From Candidatus Poribacteria bacterium (GTDB lineage: Bacteria > Poribacteria > WGA-4E > WGA-3G): a DNA stretch of 64,000 nt. Each line of letters starts with the position of its first letter. Position 1 is the first letter of the stretch. The notes below the pieces were generated by a model, which was not told where the DNA came from, made no database searches, and saw only the letters and a list, made by a program, of their open reading frames with translations. The DNA lies in assembly GCA_965215265.1 (NCBI GenBank), contig OZ244048.1, positions 3,712,001-3,776,000 of the forward strand. The letters are read 5' to 3'. Both the position numbers and the translations under genes were made by a program. Below, in pieces: positions 55,480 to 64,000 of this stretch.

Positions 55480-55704
55480 GAGAAATTAGGTTTCGGACAG
55501 AGCCCAGGATCGCGTTTATAGTAGGGCGATTTATCGTACCTCCGGCGCGCTGTGTTTATTTATGGCAGCGTGCTAATTGTCTAAATCAGGATTGACATGA
55601 TTTTAGGATGGTCAGGATTAGAGAATGTCTGGGCTTTGTTATCTTCTTGTAAGTGCATTTTCTAACCGTGCTCAATTAAATATTCCTAACTATCAACCCA
55701 AAAT

Positions 55705-55733
55705 TTGACATCTCTCCGAAAATCTGCTACACT
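55705..55733 (+). promoter_or_regulatory. Sigma70-type promoter for the SDR gene
   Basis: TTGACA-17 nt-TACACT. Confidence 0.6.
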
Positions 55734-55817
55734 CTGCACCATTCAATAGATACCACGAATCAAACCTTTACGGGCATGTCTATAAGAGATAGCGCAATGC
55801 AAAGGAGTTATATCTGA

Positions 55818-56654
55818 ATGTACAACTTAAACGGAAAAGTCGCTTTAGTCACAGGCGCAGGTGGCAAAAACGGCATCGGCCGCGCCATTGCCACCCGCTT
55901 GGCAAAAGAAGGAGCCGACATAGCAGTCAACGACATCACGATGCATCCTTATGCAGCCGATGAAACCGAGTGGAAAGGACTGCCAGAGCTCGTCAGCGAA
56001 ATTGAAAAAATCGGACAACGCGCACTTAGCATCATCGCAGACGTTTCCAATGCAGCACAAGTGCAACAGATGATAGACAACGCCGTCTCGCACTTCGGAA
56101 AAATAGACATTCTTGTCAACAATGCAGGCACAATTGCTGGCAAAGACCGGGTACCTATCGTCGAACTCGCTGAAACAGATTGGGATCGGGTCCAACGTGT
56201 TAACGTGAAAGGCGTGTTCCTCTGCTGTCAAGCCGTCGCACGCCATCTCATCCTACAAAAAACCAAGGGCAAGATTATCAATATCTCCTCTGTTACCGGG
56301 AAACAGGGTTCAGCCCGCTATGCAGCATATAGTGCATCAAAATTTGCTGTCATCGGGCTCACACAATCCCTCGCATACGAGCTCGCCCCTTATCAAGTCA
56401 ACGTCAACGCCATCTGTCCCAGCCTTGTAGATACAGAACGCGTCGGCCACCTCGCATCTGTTCTCATGCCTGCTCAACTCTCACCGGAAGAACAGCGGGC
56501 GGCCTTTGCAACACAGGCTAAGGCATCGGTCCCCTTAGGGCGGCTCGCCGAAGGCGCAGATGTGGCTAACATGGCTGCGTTCCTCGCCTCTGACCAGGCT
56601 GAATATCTCACTGGACTCTCTATCTGTGTAGCCGGCGGTTCCGTCATGGACTAA
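55818..56654 (+). CDS. Short-chain dehydrogenase/reductase (SDR)
   Basis: 'VTGAGGKNGIG', 'LVNNAG', 'NISS' and catalytic 'YSASK'. Confidence 0.95.
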   Translation: MYNLNGKVALVTGAGGKNGIGRAIATRLAKEGADIAVNDITMHPYAADETEWKGLPELVSEIEKIGQRALSIIADVSNAAQVQQMIDNAVSHFGKIDILVNNAGTIAGKDRVPIVELAETDWDRVQRVNVKGVFLCCQAVARHLILQKTKGKIINISSVTGKQGSARYAAYSASKFAVIGLTQSLAYELAPYQVNVNAICPSLVDTERVGHLASVLMPAQLSPEEQRAAFATQAKASVPLGRLAEGADVANMAAFLASDQAEYLTGLSICVAGGSVMD

Positions 56655-56708
56655 AGGGCATCGACAACTTTGTAGCTGCCCGTTTACGATTGAGCCCAGG
56701 GGCAAAAC

Positions 56709-57557
56709 CTACCGGAGAATGCGCTGGTCGCTCAAATCCTTACCACCAACCGTCTTGACTATCGATGCACCGCGCCATTCCCTGACTTCAAGCGCATGGA
56801 ACGCATTGACAATGTTATACTGTGTCGGCAGATCTTCCCAGCGCGCTTTATGAAACTTGACCGTCCCTTCACCGCGCCAATGCTCCTTAACCACGCGATT
56901 CGGAGTACGCGCAGGCGTTAGCACCGCATAAGCCGCATCCGCTGTCCCCCACTCACCCGTCCTTGGCATATACTTATAGTGCAGCGTACCTGTAAGCGGA
57001 GACTCGTTGACAGGCTCCTGGGGCACGGCAGGCGAATTTCCAAGAGACACCTGTTCTGTTGGACGTACATGCATATCCATAAACTTAAAACCGAGCCAAC
57101 TCGCAGCACAGTGTGTCTCCCCTCGAAAAACGTGCGGTTCCGGGAGCGCACAGTAAATTTTACTGAACCCTAATTCCTCACGTCCCGTGAGAATCGGATC
57201 TGTTAGATTTTCCCACAGCACCGTTAAAAAGGAGCCTGTCGCATCATTTACCTTTCCCTTGAAAACCACCGGAAAACTCACACCAAGCATGTTATAGCCA
57301 CGCCCCGCCAGCCATTCTATTTCCTTCATGTAGCTTGCAGACACAGACACAACCGGCTCACCATGAAGCCAAAAGCCTTCCGGCAAAAATGCTTCCAACT
57401 GCTCGCTATTCGTTAAAAAACTCACTGAAATTGATGTTGACTTCGGATTATCTTGGCACTCAAATTTTCTACCATCCGGACCTGACCTGGGCCCCGTCCT
57501 CGGCCCAAAGTGCGTCGGCATCCGGTACATTGCCTCCGGATCTAAAGTATATGCCAT
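56709..57557 (-). CDS. Acetoacetate decarboxylase-like family protein
   Basis: 'MYRMP..FG', 'LEAFLPEGF' and 'PILTGREELGFSK', which retains the Schiff-base Lys. GGAGG RBS. Confidence 0.85.
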   Translation of the reverse strand: MAYTLDPEAMYRMPTHFGPRTGPRSGPDGRKFECQDNPKSTSISVSFLTNSEQLEAFLPEGFWLHGEPVVSVSASYMKEIEWLAGRGYNMLGVSFPVVFKGKVNDATGSFLTVLWENLTDPILTGREELGFSKIYCALPEPHVFRGETHCAASWLGFKFMDMHVRPTEQVSLGNSPAVPQEPVNESPLTGTLHYKYMPRTGEWGTADAAYAVLTPARTPNRVVKEHWRGEGTVKFHKARWEDLPTQYNIVNAFHALEVREWRGASIVKTVGGKDLSDQRILR

Positions 57558-57904
57558 CTCGTTTCCTCCCTACACAACACTTGCTTGGATAATATACTTC
57601 TATTATACGGATATAGCGTCGAATGTCAACTAATTCAGACAATTCAAGTTACTCTAACGGATAATGTAGGAGCGAGCACCTGACTGTCTATCAGCTCTCA
57701 TAACACAGTTTCGCACCAGCGGCACAGTATCTGTATAACACGTGAGAGCAATTTCCCAATTCTTTCTTTCTTTTATAACAAAATCTCGGATCCTATTTTG
57801 CTTGTAAAATAAAAAACTTGACAATAGATACATTTTACGATATATATACTTTCAAAATCATTAGCTAAAATCATCACTTTTTACAAAAAGGGATCCTTTG
57901 CATT

Positions 57905-60361
57905 ATGAAAATAAGATTACAATTCAAACACGTATTTCTTACGTTAACCATCATGCTCGGTTTTTCGCTCTATAGTTTTGCGCAGGAACCGACTATTCTA
58001 AGGCATAGTGGTCGAGTCAACACGGTAGCATTTTCCCCTATGAATTCGTCACTCCTAGCGAGCGGTACTGAACACAACATCATCAAGTTGTGGAATTTGC
58101 GCGAAGAGACTGTCACGACACTCAGAGGGCATACCGGAACAGTTAATTCAGTTGCTTTCTCCCCGGATGGTCAATTGCTCGCTAGTGGCAGTGATGATTG
58201 GACTTTCAAATTGTGGGATGTTAATCAACCCCGAAATATCGCAACCCTTGGGCACATTACAGACCGTACCCGGTCCCAAATCAAGGCAGTCGCTTTCTCG
58301 CCCGATGGACGCCTCTTGGCGACTGCCGGCTGGAACGTAAAATTATGGGATGTCAGCAAGCAGACAGAGATAGCCAACCTTCGAAATGACACATGGGTCT
58401 GGACAGTTGCTTTTTCACACGATGGACAGTACCTCGCTGCTGGAGATGGATCTGGCACCGTCAATATCTGGCATGTTCAGAACAGACAAGTCATCGCCAG
58501 ATTAACCGGCGATACAAATTCTGTCTATTCTGTCAAGTTTTCACCTGATAACCGCCTCTTGGCAAGTTCTGGTTACGAAGGGCATATCAAGTTGTGGGAC
58601 GTAGCAAATTGGGAACTCATCGGCACGCTTTCCAGCACAGGCACAGTCCATGAAATTGATTTTTCCATAGATGGAAAAATGCTTGCCAGTACCGGGCATG
58701 AATCTGTAACCCTCTGGAATGTGGAAAGTGGCGCAAAGATAGCTACACTGACAGAGCATACTGGTTGGGTTACTGGTGTCACTTTTTCACACGACGGAAC
58801 CACACTTGCCAGCGCAGGCGAAGATCAGACAGTGAGAATCCGAAATATTGAAACCTTTTCGCAGATACTACAACAACGAGAGATGATCCGACTGATCTAT
58901 TTTATACCAATCAACCGCCGTCCCCAGAGAGATATAGACACAAAGATAGACACGTTGGTAAAAGACGTGCAGCGATTTTATGCACAACAGATGCAAAGCC
59001 ACGGATTCGGCAGAAAAACCTTTACCTTTGAAACTGATGCAACCGGGAACGCTGTAGTTCATCAGATTAGCGGAAAATTTACTGATCTATATTATCAGCA
59101 GGGAACCTTTGACAAAGTTGTGGAAGAAATTGAGACACGGTTTGATATGTCAAAAAATATATATCTCATTGCAATCGAAGTCAGTAACGAAGCTATTGAC
59201 ATCGAATGGTGCGGTACAGGCGGTGCCAGAGGGGCTAGTGCCGGAATCGCACTCATACCCGCCTCCGGCGCATGTTTTGACCAGATTAGGACAGCAGCAC
59301 ACGAACTCGGACATGCTTTTGGATTGGAACACGATTTCCGGAACGATGCCTATCTCATGTCATACGGCGGCATGAAAGCCCGGCTCTCTTACTGTGCAGC
59401 AGAATGGTTGGATGTTCACCGACTCTTCAACACCTCACACACCTCTTTTAACGAACCTGCAATGATTCAGATGCTGCCACCGGTGGCATATCCAGACAAT
59501 GCGATTCACTTCCGTTTTGAGATTAACGATTCTGATGGGCTCCATCAAGCACAGTTGTTCATCCCCACAACGGCTAGAGATCCTGCGGATGGCATTAAGT
59601 TACACAAGTGTCAGTCCATAACCGGCCAAAGCATCACCGCTGCATTTACCACTACCCAACTCAACGTGAAAGCCGGGACTGAAGTTATACTTAAGGTTAT
59701 TGATGTGCATGGAGGCTTCACACAAGGAACGTATCCAATCTCTGTAAATAAGATGGCACATGTAGATATCAATAGCGATGGAACCGTTGATGTTGCAGAT
59801 CTGATTCTTGTCGCCTCCCATTTCGGCAGCTCGGCAGTCCGCACCGCAAATCCGAATCCGGATATTAACGGGGATGGAGTCATAGATCTGCAAGACCTGC
59901 TATTGGTTGTAGTCGCACTAGAATCCCTGGAAAGTGCTGCTGCGCCCGCTTTAACCGTAGATACTCTACAGAAGTGGCTAATTGAAGCAAAGCAACACAA
60001 TATTGGCGATGAAACATTCCAAAAAGGTATTGCATTGCTTGAACAACTCCTCGCACCGTCAATATCCACAGAGACTGCACTCCTGCATAACTACCCCAAT
60101 CCGTTCAACCCAGAGACGTGGATACCTTATCAACTCGCAAAGGATGCAGATGTCACATTGACCATCTATGCAGCTGATGGTACAGTGGTACGCACTCTGG
60201 CATTAGGGCATCAATCTGCAGGTATCTATCACGGCAAAAGTCGTGCTATGTATTGGGATGGCACGAATGAAATCGGCGAACAGGTCTCCAGCGGGTTCTA
60301 TTTCTATACCCTCACGGCAGGCGATTTCACCGCAACACGGAAAATGCTCATTCTGAAGTAG
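57905..60361 (+). CDS. Secreted WD40-repeat, zincin metallopeptidase-like, dockerin-like and FlgD-Ig/T9SS-like CTD protein
   Basis: Signal peptide, about 7 WD40 repeats (GH...V..VAFSPDG..LASG...IKLWD), 'AHELGHAFGLEH' with Met-turn 'YLMSY', two 'DIN.DG..D..DL' EF-hands and 'NYPNPFNPETWIPY...KMLILK'. Confidence 0.9.
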   Translation: MKIRLQFKHVFLTLTIMLGFSLYSFAQEPTILRHSGRVNTVAFSPMNSSLLASGTEHNIIKLWNLREETVTTLRGHTGTVNSVAFSPDGQLLASGSDDWTFKLWDVNQPRNIATLGHITDRTRSQIKAVAFSPDGRLLATAGWNVKLWDVSKQTEIANLRNDTWVWTVAFSHDGQYLAAGDGSGTVNIWHVQNRQVIARLTGDTNSVYSVKFSPDNRLLASSGYEGHIKLWDVANWELIGTLSSTGTVHEIDFSIDGKMLASTGHESVTLWNVESGAKIATLTEHTGWVTGVTFSHDGTTLASAGEDQTVRIRNIETFSQILQQREMIRLIYFIPINRRPQRDIDTKIDTLVKDVQRFYAQQMQSHGFGRKTFTFETDATGNAVVHQISGKFTDLYYQQGTFDKVVEEIETRFDMSKNIYLIAIEVSNEAIDIEWCGTGGARGASAGIALIPASGACFDQIRTAAHELGHAFGLEHDFRNDAYLMSYGGMKARLSYCAAEWLDVHRLFNTSHTSFNEPAMIQMLPPVAYPDNAIHFRFEINDSDGLHQAQLFIPTTARDPADGIKLHKCQSITGQSITAAFTTTQLNVKAGTEVILKVIDVHGGFTQGTYPISVNKMAHVDINSDGTVDVADLILVASHFGSSAVRTANPNPDINGDGVIDLQDLLLVVVALESLESAAAPALTVDTLQKWLIEAKQHNIGDETFQKGIALLEQLLAPSISTETALLHNYPNPFNPETWIPYQLAKDADVTLTIYAADGTVVRTLALGHQSAGIYHGKSRAMYWDGTNEIGEQVSSGFYFYTLTAGDFTATRKMLILK

Positions 60362-60383
60362 GTTGTTTCTAATTCACCGAATA

Positions 60384-60410
60384 ACGGGCGGATAGCAAAC
60401 ATATCCGCCC
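60384..60410 (+). repeat. REP-like palindrome / possible terminator
   Basis: GGGCGGATA-gcaaaca-TATCCGCCC. Related to 16618-16643. Confidence 0.5.
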
Positions 60411-60665
60411 TTACGATTCCAAACAGACAAAACCAGATCTTGCCTACCGGAGCAGCGAAAAACTCTACCACTACGCAAACGCTCTCATCCTATGAATCTT
60501 GTAATCCGATAATATCAAATCAGTTTCACTAAAGCTGGCTTGTTAAATCGCACAGATGGCTGAATCTGCTCTGTTTGCTCTACCGCGTTATGATGCAGGT
60601 AAACCGCTTGACAAAAAAACGGAACCGCCTTAAAATTCATGAAAAACCTGAATTGGAGCACACGA

Positions 60666-61475
60666 ATGAAATTAGCGATATGCAACGAAATGTTTGAGAA
60701 TTGGAAAATTGAGGACGTTTTCACCTACACCGCCGAACTCGGCTACGATGCTGTCGAAATTGCCCCCTTTACGTTGGCAGACTCCGTGTTAGACATTAGC
60801 CAAGCCGAACGTACACGCATCCGAAAAGCCGCCGACACCGCGAAGATAGAAATTGCAGGACTCCACTGGCTGCTTGTCTCTCCTCCCGGCCTCTATATTA
60901 ACCATCCAGATGCAGAAATCCGCAACGAAACACGGGACTATTTCCTCGCACTGATTGAGCTGTGTGCCGACCTCGGCGGGCGTGTCATGGTCATCGGCTC
61001 ACCGCAGCAGCGAAATGTCATCAACCCCCTGACCTTTGAAGAAGCATGGGATTATGCACACGATACCTTCACAGCAAGTGCGCAACTCGCCGCCGATAAA
61101 AACGTGATGCTCTGTCTCGAACCTTTATCCAGCGATCAGACCAACTTTATCACAAACCCCGATAAAGCCGTCGAAATGGTGAACGCCGTCAATCATCCTA
61201 ATTTTCAGATGATCCTGGATGTTTGCAGCACCGCAAAAGAGGGGTTGGACATGCCAGTACAGATTCATAACTGCGCCCAACACATCGCGCACTTCCACTC
61301 CAATGATGACAACGGCTATCTCCCGGGCTCCGGCAATGTAGACTACCCACCTATTATTGAAGCATTAAAGGCCATCCATTACAAAGGCTATGTCTCAACT
61401 GAAGTTTTTGACTTCAAACCTGATCCGCAGACCATCGCGAAACGGAGTTTTGAATTCCTCAATGCCCTCATTTAG
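60666..61475 (+). CDS. Sugar phosphate isomerase/epimerase (D-tagatose/psicose 3-epimerase-like TIM barrel)
   Basis: 'GYDAVEIAPF', 'LEPL', 'ILD', 'HFHSND', 'PGSG.VDY', 'STEVF'. ATG 60666 follows GGAG. Confidence 0.9.
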   Translation: MKLAICNEMFENWKIEDVFTYTAELGYDAVEIAPFTLADSVLDISQAERTRIRKAADTAKIEIAGLHWLLVSPPGLYINHPDAEIRNETRDYFLALIELCADLGGRVMVIGSPQQRNVINPLTFEEAWDYAHDTFTASAQLAADKNVMLCLEPLSSDQTNFITNPDKAVEMVNAVNHPNFQMILDVCSTAKEGLDMPVQIHNCAQHIAHFHSNDDNGYLPGSGNVDYPPIIEALKAIHYKGYVSTEVFDFKPDPQTIAKRSFEFLNALI

Positions 61476-61505
61476 CAAAAAAGGAAAGAAGGAAAGAAGG
61501 AAAGT

Positions 61506-63083
61506 ATGAATAGCGATATCCACCAATGCTACAACGCCTACACTGCACTCAGGACAGAAATGGGCCGTTGGCTCAAACAGAGCATGCTCCTCGATCCGCC
61601 CGGACCCAATCAGGGTGGCGAAGACGAAGCAAACTATGCGCTCGCCTGGTTCCCACACTATCTCATCACCGGCGATGAAACCGTCAGTCAACACTTTAAA
61701 GCCCTCAAAGCCGCACTCTACGGCTGGGTGCAACGCAGTTGTGTACATGGATATGAACCCAAAGCAGAGGCGCATCATGGCCCAGAACCGTTTCTGCTCT
61801 TTCTCCCGCGCTATATCGGCATAAAACCAGAAGATACCGAAGCCGTTGCAATGTTAACAGATGCCGCCGAGCACTGCGGAAACTGGGTACCCGAAATCCC
61901 ACCATGGTACGATTATACACGTGATACCTTTATCGGATACAACATCGGAACCCGATTTGTAGAAAACGACTCAAGTAACGCCTATGAATTAGCAGAACAC
62001 TTCCGATTTATTCACATTGCCCTCGCTGCATACCGCGTTACTGGCCAAGAAAGATACTTAGAATGGGCATTGCGCTACGGTAAGAAACGCGCCGAACGCA
62101 TCAGCGAAGCACCAGAACCGATGCCACTCCTATGGCAACTGAATGGGCAACCCATCAGCGAAGCGCAAGTCAACGCAAAAAATTTACATCGATTGGTTGC
62201 AAGCACACACCATATACCAGGAGATCCACTCGCAGGTATTGAGAACCTACTCGCCTCCGGTGCCATTTACGTCTTTGGAGATCTCTACCGATTATCTGCA
62301 GAGTCCATCTTCCAAACCGCTGCAAAACGCATCGTTGAACCCCTTGTCGATTCCCTACAAGATCCGTACAACGAGCCCGCCGCAGCCGCCCTCAGTTACT
62401 ACCGTTGGACATTCAATGATACGACCTATGATTCTGCCATTCATACTGCCGTTCAAGAACTTCCGACATCACCACCTGAACTGCTCGCCCTCATCATTCC
62501 GCAAGAAATCCGACGGCGCGAACCAGGTGTCGGCAAACGTGCCGATATGGCATATTGGGGCGAATGGTCCGATGACGGCTCAGTCAAACCCATTCAGGAA
62601 CCCTCAACCGCAACGTTGACACTTGCCTATCAGGTAACAGGGGACTTGTCATTTGCAGTGCGTGCATTACGAAACGCAGCAGCACGGCTTACTATTGCAA
62701 GACGCGTCTTGCGTGGAGGCAGAGAACATGCAGATATGGGCAGCGCGGTCTGCTCCGTCGCCGCCGGCCACGGACGAAATTGGGGACAAGGCTCGGTTAC
62801 AACTTGCTATGGACCCCTCTTGCTCGGTACACGCGAAATCTTGAGTGAAGTAACGCCCCTCTTAAGCATCAAACAGCAGAACGGAAAACCTTATCTGCCA
62901 ACCACACTCCTTTCACTCGTACGCCCTATTCTCGGTAAAGAAGACGGCGCTTCTGTACTATTCTACAACAGTGGAAAATTACCTCTCACATTCCGGTGGT
63001 TGCTGCAAATTAGTGAAGATAAGGAGTGGTCTGAACTGACCGTCGAACCCGGGCAGATTCAACATAAAATAGTCACAAGGTAA
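61506..63083 (+). CDS. Hypothetical protein, probable alpha/alpha-toroid (glycosidase/epimerase-like)
   Basis: 525-aa ORF with recurring 'AY..TGD..Y/F' helical-hairpin motifs. Function unknown. Confidence 0.65.
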   Translation: MNSDIHQCYNAYTALRTEMGRWLKQSMLLDPPGPNQGGEDEANYALAWFPHYLITGDETVSQHFKALKAALYGWVQRSCVHGYEPKAEAHHGPEPFLLFLPRYIGIKPEDTEAVAMLTDAAEHCGNWVPEIPPWYDYTRDTFIGYNIGTRFVENDSSNAYELAEHFRFIHIALAAYRVTGQERYLEWALRYGKKRAERISEAPEPMPLLWQLNGQPISEAQVNAKNLHRLVASTHHIPGDPLAGIENLLASGAIYVFGDLYRLSAESIFQTAAKRIVEPLVDSLQDPYNEPAAAALSYYRWTFNDTTYDSAIHTAVQELPTSPPELLALIIPQEIRRREPGVGKRADMAYWGEWSDDGSVKPIQEPSTATLTLAYQVTGDLSFAVRALRNAAARLTIARRVLRGGREHADMGSAVCSVAAGHGRNWGQGSVTTCYGPLLLGTREILSEVTPLLSIKQQNGKPYLPTTLLSLVRPILGKEDGASVLFYNSGKLPLTFRWLLQISEDKEWSELTVEPGQIQHKIVTR

Positions 63084-63318
63084 AAATTTCATTTAACCGC
63101 TGCTCATAGCCTGCTGACTCTTAGCCATAAGTTAACGCAGCACTATAAGGAGACTGCTCCGACAACTCGGCTGTCTGAATCTTGGTTTATCTGATAGTCT
63201 GCTATTTTCGGAGAACGGCTCGCGAAACTCTGTCTCAATCGCGGATTTTCACCGGTGACACCGATGGTACGGCTTTTACAAATTTTTGCACTGCACCGCT
63301 TTTCACATCAATATCAGG

Positions 63319-64000
63319 CTATCCACCTATATACTGCACGATTAATTGCAAATCCTGAATGTTCACAATTCCATCGTTGTTCACATCTGCCTCCGGATCT
63401 TCCGTCCCTATACGCACAGACACAAACGTCAGATCCAATATATTGACAACGCCATCACCTGTTACGTCATAAAGCAGGTTGGAACTTACCAATTCAAATA
63501 CAATATCCTGATCTGTCTGAAATTTAACGGGTCCTACATCCGGTGCTAACCACTGATAGAAGGTTGAACGGCTTATTATAAAAGCAGAAACCGTTCTTGA
63601 GCGCAACCGAATTTTGAAGCAGTCTTTGAAGGTCCCCGTTGGTGTCACCACGTCCTCCAACGCGACAACTTCAGCAACGGTGGTTAACTTTACCGGCCCT
63701 AACAGATTCACTTCTGTTGACGCTGCAATCTCCCATGTGTCGCCGAGTCTGAGTGGAAACGGAAAAAACACCGCAGGCGGTGAAAACGCTACACTCGCTT
63801 CGCCGAACACTGAGTCGGGCTCGACAACCAGTTTATGGAGTTTAACGCCCTCGCTATCGCGTTCTACAAAGGATAGCGTGGTAGTCGATGCGTCCACCCC
63901 AAGGGTTTCCGAGGTCATTTTAAGCTTCCTCACCTCTGGATTTCCGGGAAAATCGTCGCCTGCCTCTTCAAGCGTGTAAGTGACCCGCTGCGTACCATCC
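63319..64000 (-). CDS. Dockerin-like domain protein (partial, N-terminus beyond window end)
   Basis: The frame stays open to the window edge. 'EDVVTPTGTFKDC...WLAPDVGPVK' beta domain followed by two 'DV..DG.VNI.DL' EF-hand repeats. Confidence 0.82.
   Translation of the reverse strand, partial: DGTQRVTYTLEEAGDDFPGNPEVRKLKMTSETLGVDASTTTLSFVERDSEGVKLHKLVVEPDSVFGEASVAFSPPAVFFPFPLRLGDTWEIAASTEVNLLGPVKLTTVAEVVALEDVVTPTGTFKDCFKIRLRSRTVSAFIISRSTFYQWLAPDVGPVKFQTDQDIVFELVSSNLLYDVTGDGVVNILDLTFVSVRIGTEDPEADVNNDGIVNIQDLQLIVQYIGG

Noticed and set aside
55575-55625. AGGAT-rich short repeats (similar TGTCT.AATC starts near 63172 and 63230)
   Set aside because: Too degenerate to define a repeat unit by eye.
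1-64000. rRNA, tRNA, DGR reverse transcriptase or template repeat, integrase
   Set aside because: None was recognised by eye. tRNAscan-SE and Infernal would be needed to exclude divergent RNAs.

Overview
Bacterial window, most likely Candidatus Poribacteria or a close relative. This is an inference from five Gfo/Idh/MocA oxidoreductases, dockerin-like EF-hand pairs, the NYPNPFNPETWIPY...KMLILK C-terminal domain, an FGE-sulfatase domain protein and Rpn nucleases. Core content: a cytochrome c maturation operon with a CxxxY-type CcmE, sugar-catabolic enzymes, argJ, mrp/apbC, a ten-gene carotenoid operon (crtB, crtI, crtD-like, crtY-cd, cruF, cruC, cruD, crtW plus a NodB deacetylase and an exported helical protein), and a helicase-less Type ISP-like RM enzyme. 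The most unusual signals are: (1) a divergent locus with two paralogous acidic-loop outer-membrane barrel-like proteins and a ~1400-aa propeller lipoprotein, with sigma54 promoters and tandem enhancer sites in front of one barrel gene; (2) two Rpn nuclease genes, each with an in-frame internal RBS and ATG (nested antitoxin), one bracketed by 83-bp structured direct repeats; (3) an FGE/CLec gene whose 3' end looks like a DGR variable region, with no template or RT in the window; (4) an orphan sigma54 promoter followed by an anti-Shine-Dalgarno seed and a long hairpin (candidate sRNA); (5) a ~2.9-kb decaying insert bounded by a 174-bp duplication of a promoter and gene start; (6) a dispersed MITE/REP-like repeat, one copy of which forms the C-terminus of a carotenoid cyclase. 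No rRNA, tRNA or CRISPR array was seen. All calls were made by eye, without database searches.
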